Assembly (NCBI RefSeq): GCF_000150275.1
Contig: NW_002060943.1
Location: 305,077-369,076, forward strand
Direction of reading: 5' to 3'
Source of the DNA: Trichoplax adhaerens
Taxonomy: Eukaryota > Animalia > Placozoa
Length of the DNA: 64,000 bases
A program made the position numbers and the translations under genes. The notes under the pieces were generated by a model that saw only the letters and a list, made by a program, of their open reading frames with translations, was not told where the DNA came from and did not search any database. The stretch's first letter is position 1. Every line of letters starts with the position of its first letter. Shown here in pieces: positions 26,221-39,296 of the stretch.

Positions 26221-27385
26221 ATGGCGTTCCCTGGCGATGGTGGAGTATCATTAGATAGCGAAGACATATATGGCGAAGAGAGCAGTAGAGGAGCCTTTGT
26301 CAATTTAGGAGAGGTAATACTAAATATCTGGCTATTATAGTAAAACCTCATTATTGTTTATCGTATCATATTGTCTAAAAAATAAATATTCAATCGAGGG
26401 AAGGCATCTTGTCGAGAGTTGAATAGCTACGAGAATGCTGATAGATCGTAGTTAAGTCGTTGTGAAATTTTTCATCCAATGCATCGTAATAGCATCATGG
26501 TATGAGTAGTAGCAATTGGTTATTAGTGATGGATACGCTAATTCATATTATGCCAGCCTATATTGAAGTGTAGATACTGCAGTCTATGTTGAAAAGATTA
26601 TGGATGACTAGTAGACTACTAGTACAGTAAATAACAGTTCTAGTCGTACTGATAGCCAAATATCAATACATTTAAAGAATGATTCTCTTTAGAATGTGTT
26701 TTCTTGGTATTAGAAATAGCCTATGCACATTGCTGTAGATTACGCCATGTTACAAGCTGTTCATGTGTAGTTGTTGTCAAGGTGTTTCAAGATTTATAAT
26801 GTAAGATACTGGGCCAGAAAGAACAGCAGTCGCTAGGATGATTTACTTGCGTGAACAAAGATAAGAAGACTTTCATGTAGTTTATGGTTCATGTTTATGC
26901 TGTTTAAACGAGCTATTTGTACCAACTGTATATATTATATTACTCATGCAACCTTTAAAAAGAGCCAAAGTTTCATTTTGTCGCTTGAACGTTGAAATCC
27001 ATTGCAATAATGATAAGTCATTTCAAGTCAAACTAAGATCTGGCTTATTGCATTAGACGTTATTCTTTCACTCTATTCCTTTCAAAGTCTGTGTAGAAAT
27101 TATTAACTTTTTGATTCAATCATCGATTGAATATGACAGGAAAGCAGCTTTATGGAGTCGAACACGAATACTGTGGTCCGAGAACGGGCAATCCACAACG
27201 ATTTTCAAAACAGTAATACTTTGATTTCAAATATACTTGTATGGTGTAATTTGATCTATTTTGAACTTACATGACAATTAGCACACAATTTTAAATCATT
27301 CTATCACTGAAGGTTAATTATGTAATAATTAATGATGGAATTTTTAGATTTTGGAGACATTTTCGACGATGATGATATCGATTAA
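26221..27385 (+). CDS. COPS9: COP9 signalosome subunit 9 (CSNAP/MYEOV2), 67 aa
   Basis: Exons 26221-26313, 27140-27212, 27348-27385 give MAFPGDGG...ERAIHNDFQNNFGDIFDDDDID*, matching the human C-terminus [22 protein letters not shown]. Confidence 0.88.
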
Positions 27386-29432
27386 CGGCAAAAATAGACT
27401 CGGAATAACTTGACGTTGTACATATGGACGTTTAGATGATCGAAGACTAGTATAAGTGTATTGTACAGTATATTTATGCGAGGTTGGAATAATTATATCT
27501 AGGACTGTTATTGGATTAGCAATATATATTATGAAGCAATATTCAAGCTTATTCAAGGATTGTTGTGATTCAATTTTTATCCTTTCCGTTATATGATGTA
27601 ACATTTCTATCCCTTAATTAATTTTGTTTTATTGTCAGTTTAAACTATGAATGCAAATAAGATCTACTTATAATAAAGTGACTAATATTTCCATAATGTG
27701 GTTTCAGTTCGTAGATTAGTATACGACATTATTAAAATATCCATTTGTTATTCTTACTCAAGAATGATATGTTGTTAATGTGGCTAATAGATGAAAGATT
27801 TGCCATAACGGCAATGGCCTGATCGCTATACTAAAATATATACGACAGACTGCCTCATGTCATATAGAGCAGTATTGAAGACCGTGGATTCTACTCCTGT
27901 ATTGGTTAGCGGTTTATGAACAAAATTCAGTATTATTTCCGCTTTATATAATGCACATACAACTAGGCTAGAAAGATATAAAGCTAAATATCACAACTTA
28001 TTCTATTCTTTACCGATCAGTTTTGTATGTCCAGCAACTTGATTGTGGGTCGCCAAATTGATTGCATGATCGGAATCAATCGAGGCATTGGATGATAAGC
28101 GATGCATATCGATATCTACACCATTTTCTATGTAATGCCTTTCTTAATGGGCTAACTTTATTCCAAGCAAATTAAATTGAACGTACAAAAGTGTACTGCT
28201 TTGGCCTACTAGCTAAGCTGTTATATTGATTTTATAAATGCGGTATGAGTAGAATAATAAATACGTATATAATACTGTAAGATTATCATGCATCCCGATC
28301 GATTATACGATTTCATGCAATCGTTTCAAGAATCGTTTGTAGTAAGTGATACTTCAATTTAAAAACTACTTTACCCTTTCTACTCGTCCAATTTTCCATC
28401 TTCTAATATATTGCAGTGCATAAATAAATATAAAATGTATACGGAGTGGTTCATTGCAGGTAAACATGGCATGGCTGTTTAGTACATGCATGGTGGTGTG
28501 GCTACAATTTTGTGACTGGTAGGTTGCATATACCATTTCATACTACTACCAACATCGTTTAATACAGTTACAGTTAGATTGAGATAATGTTACAGAATTA
28601 TTCTAACACTTGATATAGGCAAATAGCAATAGTGAGCTATTGAAGAAACGCATCCATGAACTTTTTAAACTTTCAGTTGCAACCATGAGGCTAGGGTGCG
28701 AGTAGTTGTTAAATAGGCTAATTTACTTTAGTATCGGATAAAATACGATACAAGTCCTTTCTGAATTATAACTACTGGAACTTCACTTTCAGTAATGTTG
28801 GGTGGCTTACAAACAAACTATTAAACTTCGGTTCCAAATTAAGAGCTAGTGCTTCAGCATGCAATTTAACGTGATGTAGGCCTACCTGTATTTTAATGAT
28901 AATAATTTCATTTTCAAGGTTGCAAAGTTGTTACTTCTAAGAGTAAAACTTTACAACCTTTATTACTAAACTGATAGCCAGCGGTAGAGTAATCAATAAA
29001 GTAAAGTAAATTTATTTCAGCATGCGATAAAGTACGATGCACTGCTTTCCTATTCTGAATGACAATTACTTCATTTCAGGACAGTTATGCTGTGTTGAAA
29101 ATAAGCTTTTTGATCTTCCATTCCAAACTGAGAACTAACTTACAAGGAAGTGGATATGCCAATTTACTCTTCAATAAGCGCTGAAACATGATCTAAAACT
29201 AAGGGAAGCTGTCAATACTTCACTTTCTCAATGTATAAGTAGTATTTGATCTAGAATACAACGAAGTGTAGATTATCATAATGGCCCTAATGCTTGTCTA
29301 ATTTCTCAAAGGTACGGTTAAGGTCTTCTAATTTCAATGAGAACCAAAAAACTCGCAATATATAAGAGAATTAGCCCTTTATTACATTATGTTTTAGCTA
29401 GTGCTGTATACACAGACAATTCCAAATGCAGT

Positions 29433-30909
29433 TTAAGAATTTTCTTCTTCTTCTTCATTGATCTGGAAGTAACGTAGTTCGTATCCCATTGGACCGGCCG
29501 ATACAACACGTAGCCAATCACGAAGGTTATTCTTTTTCAAAAATTTCTTGGTCAGGTATTTGAGATATCTATAATAAGGCAAAACAAGGGTTTAAAGTCA
29601 AAATCGTTGACATGCTAAAAAGTAATACGTTCAAAGGAAAAGGTTGGTTTTGGTGACTGACTTGGAGGATCTATTATAGCTAAATCATCAAGGTGTGCAC
29701 TCGTGACCCTGTACTAGCTGTTTTTAGTACAAGGTCATAAGTGTGCACGATATTCATATATAGCTTTGTTTTTATCTACTGTACTAAGTATCTAATGTAA
29801 TGATTGTACTAAGCATGGTTTATTAAAGTAATGCGGGACATATAGGCAGATATCCTTTCAAGCAGGGGTGTAATATGTTCAATCGCATTGATAGCATTGG
29901 TATACCTTTTTGAAAGAGGGATATCACTGTTAACTACCAATTTTGATTTTGTTTTCTCGATTATTATATGATCACTTAAATTGTTCGTTTTGCCTTCAAC
30001 TTTGATGGTTCCATTAAGGAATTGTTCCTATCGAATGAGTAACTTTGAATTAATCATGGTGATAGGTGAAATTGATATGAGCTTGCGTTTTCTATACAAA
30101 CACTTACAAAGTTTTCGATATCCATAATTTTGTCCTCAACAGGCTGGGCACAGTCCAAAGAGAACTTCAGCTGGATCTTCTTCTTTTTTTGTCTTTTCTG
30201 TAAGATTGATGAGTAAATAGTAGTTACAACCTAGTTGACTTTCATCATGCGGCGGCATACAAGGCTAAAAAAGTAAAAGCTTATCCTCTGTCGTGACGCT
30301 CATTTTTTTTTATACATCTTCATCAACGTCTACTCAATTACCAATCTGATGTAAAAATTGAAGTAATCCAGTCATCGTAACAATCTACTTCACTTCAATC
30401 ATGTGGCATCAAATGGAAAAGTAAAGTAAAAGCTCATCCTCTCTTGTCTTTTTTTCGAGACCTTCATCAATGCATACTAATCTGATGTCCAGATCGAAAT
30501 AACCCACATGCATCTCGGTGTGGCAATATTGCAACATTGGATATACAAGTACGGTATCATTTGGTATAAAATTTCATTTCTTCTCTACATCATTGCACTA
30601 TTTTGCTATACAATCCATCATGATCGTCTATGATCATGTGTAAGTGATAAAAATGTATTTTAAGTCAGTCAGAACTATCATTTTTCGCTATTTTTTAAGA
30701 GGCACGGCAGAAAGACTTGCCACGAAGTCAAAGGAGTGTAATTGTCCACATTGTCCACTGTTTAAAGTTTACTACTTTCAAGATGAAACACTTTTAATGC
30801 GATTTTCTCTCTCTACTTGTTGATTACGATAAGCTAATCATGGATTTGAATGGACAGCAGTCGTAAAAAAAAGATTCAAGAAGAAAAACTGTTCACATAC
30901 CTCGGGCAT
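29433..30909 (-). CDS. RPL22: 60S ribosomal protein L22 (eL22)
   Basis: Exons 30909-30901, 30197-30108, 30027-29906, 29568-29433. [57 protein letters not shown]. Confidence 0.97.
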
Positions 30910-32466
30910 CTTCTCACAAGGATAGTTTTGGTTCTAACAGTGACAACGAAGGCGGCGGTAATCCACGAGGCCTTGACTTATAGTAATGAGATGCTGAAAT
31001 AGTCGACAGCAGACCAGACTGCCAGACTCACAGGGAAGAAATAATGTCACCTGTGGTGATGATCTTATACTGAGCTTTAGCGATGGAACAATGACATTAT
31101 TTTTGCAAATGATCGGAGACGTTTACAGTGTACAGTACAGTACTGTACAGTACCATTCGTACAGTACTTCTTTCCGGTGGTATTGACCAGAATGCAACGC
31201 GGGTGTGAACTACAGTGAAACTATACAGTGCACAGTACTGTAAAGGGCTAGAGCATGAAAAGTACTGTACTTGTTCGACCTTACCTCCGTCTGTCTGTGT
31301 TCATTCAGCAGCGGAGTCCAGCTGGGCAGTGTATCTCTCTCTCCTCGACAGTACTGTACAGTGTACACTAGGGTTAAAAACATGCACATTGAACATACAG
31401 TCCAGTACAGTGGTGTAGATCTCTTTTCCCTCTTTATGCTCGTACTGAACTCTCTCTCCTACCGGACTGGTCGACATCAACTACACTACCTACGGTAATT
31501 AGTGTGGATAAACGAATAGTGTGGGTTCTTAATTAGTGCTATCCACATTAAATATAGTATTACTAAAAATGGGCTAACGACCCACACTAAATATTGTAGT
31601 GTGCGTACGCACGCACGTACCTTGGGACGGTCAGTCTACTGGACTGTACGTGCTCCACGGGTGACGACTACAGTATGGTACGCACGTCCGTGTGTACTGT
31701 AGGTTTACCCGCATCTAGTCAAATCCTGTTAAGAAAGTACTGTAGAATGGGTAGCATAGTTTATTGAAACTTTTTTTATTTTAAAGCTTAATATCTGTAA
31801 AAGTACAAAACCTACAGCTTTAAAGTTTTCAGATTCTGATAGGTTATTTATTACTCTACATTTCGGTATAATTTTTGGAGCAAATTACTGCTCGATTTGG
31901 CAATACTAATTTTAAATTTGTGCGCGGCGATAATTTATGGACACCCTGTACACTGAGTGTACAGTACAGTACTCTAGTGGACATACAGTACAACACCAGT
32001 GACGTACACAGTATTGTACTGTACCGTACAGTACGATGTAAAAGCACAGGAACGCTGCTACAGTAGAGTGCCGTATTGTGACAGGACTGGGTACCAATCT
32101 GAAAGCTTTCCTTCACAAAATTGGATCAATTTGGTCTCCAACTTTTCCTATCGACCTGCATCTTTTCCCTTATAAGCAGTTCGTTGAACAGTGGAAAAGA
32201 ATAAGAAAAGATTGTTTGTTACACCCAACTGGTGACTATTATAGTAATTAGGCAACGATCACCGTTGTATACAACACCACAAAAGGTACGTTATTACAAG
32301 GATGTCCACAGTGTCATTATTGCCAGTCGATTACTACCACAGTATTAATGCTGGACGCCTATAACCAAGTCGTTCGATGTTGCAATCTTCTTTTACAGGG
32401 TACCCAAAACGGTGAATCATTGGTAAAGGTTGACAAAGTTGTGGTAATACTCTTGAGGTAGACGGT

Positions 32467-35400
32467 ATGGCTACTGGTAAAAGCAAAAAGGAAACGAAAA
32501 TGAGAATTCGGGCTTTTCCGGTATATCAATTTTGCTTGTTCTATGGATGTCTTGAAGAAGTTTTAGTAGTGTTGAGTCGTAGTTGTTTTTGACTGATTGA
32601 TATCAATTTTGAAAGCCAAATTGCATTTTACAACTTTGACTATGGTTATACACTACCTTGACTCTTGATAGGATTGTCTGCTATGATCAATGGCGTTATT
32701 CTTATTCATATTGCATCACTGGCTATACCCTGTAGACATGATATGATGATGATTACAAGGTATAACAGACATCCTGGCTTAACTTGTGCTCAAGTCAATG
32801 CTCCGCTGCAGACAACCACACTACTGTATATCATTCTACCGCATAGTAAAATACACTACAACACATTACTCTGGCTGTATTGCACTTGTGTGGACAGTCT
32901 ACAATGTGTTAATATGGGCAAAAGCTTTTACTAACAGTCAATGACTACTTGTTCTAACTTTGCTAATACATTTCTTCAACCGACAAGGATTAATGACAGC
33001 CATGATTAGTCAATATCACGTCAAGAAGACAAACTATCGTCCCAATAATGATACAGAATGATTTTCCGATAGCATTAAACTACACTGGAGACATTTGTCA
33101 CTAGTAACTTGTCAGTGATTGCAAATTCATTTTTTTTTATTTATTACCCTACCAAACACCTTCTTCACTGAACTGATGGAGATCTTTGTCTGTCGATGTT
33201 GAAACGATCCAGTACAGTACACTGAGTACAGTATGGTACTGTACTGTACAGTGTACAGTACTGTTGGCCGCCAACATCAACAGCAGCACAAAATTGTCAT
33301 CACTTGCCTATTTTTATTTGATACACTTTGCACTAACGACAAGCAACAGTCATTCTCTCGACTATTGGATCAAGTTTGTTACACTTTGATGCTACTCCTT
33401 AAGCAAGTTATCGAGCCATTGAACGTATAGGATGATACCAATATGCTCATAAGATCGTATACAATTGGACGATCATAATAATCATCCAACTTTGACACCA
33501 CTACTAGAGTTGAAAGCAAGGAATCTTGACTGCATCAGATATAGAACTAACTGAAATTATATTCAAAAGTTGAACCATTGATTGTGCTATTGAATATCAG
33601 CTTGCATTTTGCTTAATCAATTGTATAATGATGATCAATTAGATGAGTATGGAGGAGAAATACGTGGATGATATTTGGCAGTTATTGCGCAATGCCATCA
33701 TAGAAATCCTTAACAAAAATAATAGTGGATTAAGTTTTGAAGAATTGTACAGGTAACAAGATGTGATCATTGTACCATATACGGATGATAAAATCTCCGT
33801 AGTCGTCCATTTTTGTTATAATAATGTAATTAACAAATCATTCTGCTCTTCATAGAAATGCATATACGATGGTACTTCATAAACATGGTGATAGATTATA
33901 CACTGGTTGTAAGGATGTTATTGCAGAATATTTAAGAAAGGTAAGTAGAAAGAGGTGATCATCATATCGATTTATGGCTTATTGATTCACAAAAGAGAAA
34001 AGGGGAAATAGAGCCTACAACTATCCATGTATCCAGCCCGCTAATACAGGGTCTATTGTATCAACATTTAGGTTTGTCAAGATCTACGAAATTCCGTCGA
34101 TAATAACTTTTTGACTATATTAAACCGTGCTTGGACAGATCATCAAACCGCAATGACTATGATTAGAGATATTTTAATGTATATGGTAAGAGTAACATAA
34201 TTGTAATATTAATCAAGGGAATAAACATGTTGACATTCTTAATTTGATTTTTTGCATAGGACCGAGTATACGTCCATGGAAAAAGTTTAGATACCATCTA
34301 TAACATGGGGCTTATATTATTTAGAGATTTGGTAACCACACATTATATATAGGAATTAGTTATTTGGAGTTACTTGTTACTGTCGTTATCAATCTACTGT
34401 ACACAATTAATATCTTTATTGAGACTATGAAACAAAAACTATCAACTCTGTCATTGAAATAGGTTGCACGATCTGGCCATATTCGAGATTATTTATGTAA
34501 AACATTATTAGAACTTGTAGATAAAGAAAGACAAGGAGAAGTTGTAGATAGGTATTAATTATTATTTATTGTACCTTAGTTCTTTACTACAAAAATTTTG
34601 AATTGAAGAGAAAGTACTAAATTTCCTTATAATTCTGATTACTCTTTTCAATCGGTAATCATAGGGGAGCAGTAAAGAATGCTTGCCACATGTTAATAAA
34701 TCTAAGTTTAGGAGGCAGATCTGTATATGAGGAGGATTTCGAGCAACCATTTTTGGAGCAGTCTGCTGAATTTTATCAAGTATTAACAATATTCCAAGTG
34801 AAGGGAATTGTAATTGCGTAGATTCACAACAAACTTTTCTTGCCTTTATAGCGTGAAGGCCAGAAATATTTGCAAGAAAATGATTCTTCAACATATATTA
34901 AAAAGGTGCAATTCTATCATTTTTATCCTTTGAAGTTTGTAATGCTTTATTACCAATGACGCTATTATTGCAGGTCGAAGGACGTCTAAATGAAGAAGCT
35001 GAACGAGCAGCACATTACCTTGATAAAAGTACTGAAAAGAGAATTGTTCGGGTTAGTTTAATGATGCACTATTGTAATTCTTACTTCGTAGCTTATAGGC
35101 TTACTTCAATTGATGCAGGTTGTAGAAGCAGAACTTATCGAAAAGCATATGAAGACCGTAATTGAAGTTCGTACTCAACAATTCGTCTGATGATAATTAA
35201 GTTTATAGAGTTGTTAAAACTTGCATTTATTAACAATTACGTCATAATTATAGATGGAAAATTCCGGTCTAGTAAGCATGTTAAGAAATGCGAAAATGGA
35301 CGGTCCGTTTCTTATATTCCTTTATAATATCTATATGGATTCTAGTTGAAGTTGATCATTTTCTTACGGGTAAATGTAGATCTCGCACGCATGTACAGCA

Positions 35401-38400
35401 TGATGAATCGTGTTCATGGAGGAGTTGAATTAATGTGTGATTGTATGGGCGTTTATCTGAAAAGCCAAGGAAAAGCCCTAGTCAATGATGATGATGGAAA
35501 AACTGGCATTGCTTTTATTCAGGTTTAGCAAAAAGCGAAAAATTATTTTCTTCTTAATTTTAATTACTCCGGAGTATTTAGGTAACTGATAAAGTAAGGC
35601 GTATACTTACTATTTTGTTTATTAATTGTAATAGAGCGTCATCGATCTAAAGGATATTTATGAACAGTTTCTGGAGAAATCATTTGATAACAATCGTCAT
35701 TTTAAACAGACGATAAATAAAGTAAGTTGATTCTAAAGGTTGTATTAAGTTTTCTGACCAATTACTTAATTGATACTATAATTGGTTTCCATTAGGAATT
35801 TGAATCATTTCTAAATATTAACCCAAGAGCCCCTGAATATTTGTCTTTATATATCGACGATAAGCTTAAAAAAGGCACCAAAGGAGTTAGTCTAATGAAG
35901 ATAATTTATTTTGTATTTATTCGTCGTTTTAACCTTGATATTTACAATTATTTTAGTTGTCGGATCAGGAAATAGAACTTCTTTTAGAAAAGACTATGGT
36001 ATTATTTCGATATCTACAAGATAAGGTAAAATTGATTATACAGTAATGCTATTCTTATTCTGCATAATGAATGGCGATTTGCTATTGACAAACCAAAAAC
36101 TTGCATACCCTCTGTTTATTATAATATTATTATAAGTTTTCAATAATTATAAGTGCCATAACTTATAATCGTAGTAGCTCAAAACTAATGCAACAACGTA
36201 GATTTTATTTGGCTATATCATTCATAAGCACTAGTTTGGTTAAACTTGTTGATCACCGACATCAGTCACTTAGATATATCTATATTCTAGAATCCGCCGT
36301 ATTTACGGAGGAGTATCGTCAAAGTTGGGCAAACGTTTTTGATGATGTATTTGTGAAAAGTTTCTCTACTTACAAGATTAAATTTATGTAATATATTTGA
36401 GAGTTACATAAAAAGTAAATATTTGTCTTGCTTGTAGGACGTATTTGAAAAATATTACAAACAACATTTAGCCAAGAGATTGCTTCTTGGTAAAAGTAGT
36501 TCTAATGAAATGGAGAACAGTATGATTTTCAAGTTAAAGGTATAATGATTATTTTATTAATTGTACATAAATTTAAGCTAATTTCGCTAATCTTTATTTA
36601 CATATTTGCATAATTTGTTTAAAATTATCCTTAGTCGGAATGTGGATGTCAGTTTACATCGAAGTTAGAAGGAATGTTTAAAGATATGTCGGTATCCGAA
36701 ACTGTAATGGAGAAATTTAAGAAGCATTTAGATAGCTCTCAGGTTCGTGGAGCAATATTTATTTTACAATTTTCACATTTTATATTGTCAAGATCTATTG
36801 CGCTTTTATTGATAAATTAAATTAAATATTATTTTGATATCAAATATTAAATATAGACCACCATAAACTTTGATCTGAATATTCGTGTCCTCACTGCTGG
36901 TTTTTGGCCTTCTCAGTTATCTTCAAACCAATGTAATATACCCACAGAAATTTCTACCTGTTATGACGCTTTTCAGAGGTATAATATATTACATGAGTTA
37001 TACTATTAGATCACTAATTACCATCACATTATTACATTACTGTATTGCTACATTATATCGCTATAGTTGCTACTAGTTTTGTAATAATAGAGTTACTTGA
37101 TACAATCGCTCAATTGCACTTATATATGATCACTTGCATTTCTTTTAATAGTTTTTATTTAGGCGGTCATAACGGGCGAAAACTAGTATTACAAGCTCAA
37201 TTGGTATGCTTTATTTGCAATTGTAATTTATAAATGACGTTGTGGAAATAACAAACTTGCCTTTAAATAATAGGGATTTGCAGATTTACATGCCACGTTT
37301 TTTGGCTCCAAAAAGGTAGCTTAGGTAGAGCTTTGTGTTGTTATCGTTTTGCGTTGGATATGTAACGTTATCCGTCCTTACTTTATAGCCTGATAGCGTT
37401 AAGCTTGAAACTAGGAATCATATTTTACAAGTATCGACTTTTCAAATGGTTATATTATTACTATTCAATAGTAAAGAAAAATTATCATTCGAGGTACAAG
37501 CTATGAACGTGTGCATAAATGACTTTTTTATTATGTCCTATTTTGCTAAGAAGTAATTATTATTAGGAATTAAAGATTGCAACGAACATTCCGGATCGGG
37601 ATTTGATAAGAGCATTACAGTCACTTGCTTGTGGAAAGACATCGCAGAGAATATTAACAAAAAATCCAAAATCAAAAGAGATAGGTAATACAAATATAAC
37701 TTGGTAGTTAAATCAATTTAATTGGCTTTAATTTGCGTTATTTTTTATGCCTTTAGGTCCAGCTGACGAATTCATTGTTAACGACAATTTCACTTCTAAA
37801 CTCGTTAGAGTAAAGATACAAACAGGTGAATTGCTGTCCATAGCTGTTCTGCAATTATATAGAATTTGCTAATTTAAACATGTTTTAGTATCAACGAAGG
37901 GCGAATCGGAACCGGAACGGAAGGATACGAAGCAGAAAATTGACGACGATAGAAAGCATGAATATCTTTTAATATACTATGTTATAGCGTGATGTAGTCT
38001 CTTTATCGTACAGCTACGCTAATTCATTTTTGGTCGATATGTATTACGGATTTTGAAAATTTCTTTAACAATTATTACGATTGAAGCTGCCATAATTAGA
38101 ATAATGAAGGCTAGGAAGCAATTACATCATAGCGCATTAGTCGTCGAGGTATACTTGTAAATCGAAGTTGTGATTACATGTTAAATGAAAGCATTGTATT
38201 TGATGATAATATGATAAAATTGAGCATTGATTTAATCTAAATTTATCCTGTAATAGACTACAGAACTATTAACGGCAAGGTTTATGCCTCATCCTATGGT
38301 TATTAAGAAGAGAATTGAAAGCTTAATTGAAAGAGAATATTTACGCCGTACCGATGATAGGTAATTTACTCAATTATGTAAAGTATGAGATTTTACATGA

Positions 38401-38486
38401 GATACGTCGTTGCCATTGTTATTATTTAACTGTACTCATGTTTTCTTTTATAATCTTACAGGAAAATGTATTCCTACGTTGCATAA
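32467..38486 (+). CDS. CUL3: Cullin-3, 27 coding exons
   Basis: [11 protein letters not shown]|MSMEEKYV...[90 protein letters not shown] (neddylation site), [19 protein letters not shown]. Confidence 0.97.
37962..38078 (+). other. U12-type AT-AC intron in CUL3
   Basis: Required to join CAT GA|...|G ATT GAA GCT (KHEIEA). 5' end ATATCTTT, branch point TTCTTTAAC at 38061-38069, 3' end AC. Confidence 0.9.
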
Positions 38487-39296
38487 AGGATAGACTATAT
38501 AAGATATTTGACAATTAGGTATCTACAATCTTGTAAGCGAACTAGTACAGTATAGTAATATTATTGTATATTGTTCTAGTAAAATCGTTCTATCACTTGT
38601 ATACGCAATTAATAATTTTGCGTTTAGCTGCTGTTTACGACTTGATTGTACAGAATTTTACTCAAACGGATGCATTTTTGATGTTAAGTATTCAATTATG
38701 ATACCTTTAACTTATGCAGACTTGTTTGTTTATGCGTAAGTTAAATTTAACTGTTAATACTCTATGAAGTTGTTTTCTTAACTTTTAATAGACTGGTATT
38801 ACTTTACGAAATGGTCGTAACAATTTTTTTTGGACTAAAATGTAAACTTGATCTAGTGTATTGCAGGATCAATACTAATATTGGTGTATGCAACAGGCGC
38901 TTATCTATTCTGTGTAAATGCTTTTACATTGTCTTTTAGTACTTAGCTAAAGAATGATTTCTGAACTGTCGTCTCTAATAGTTATACGAGAGATAATTGG
39001 CATTTTGTTTTGCTTCAATTCGCCAATAATAATTAAGATACACAATTACACATGGGTGCAAAACATTTTTGTAACATAAAGCAAATTATATTTAATCTTA
39101 CTGGGCATAAGCGATCACAATACCAACATTAGTAAAGGAATTAGGCTAATCAATCAAAATTAAAATTGCATGATTTTTTACTAATATTTGTTAGTATCCT
39201 TAGCAACGATGTATGTTGTTAGTTTTACAATAAAAGGATTCTAAAGCAAAACGTTATGCGTATTTGTTAAAATGCTCAATTGGTAGAATTAGCAAA

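Noticed and set aside
26055-26351. 98-aa minus-strand ORF
   Set aside because: Antisense shadow of COPS9 exon 1.
29695-29748. SECIS element (AUGA...AAA loop)
   Set aside because: The 3' arm has UCA (Watson-Crick) rather than the GA needed for the non-canonical quartet, it is intronic, and there is no UGA-recoded gene here.
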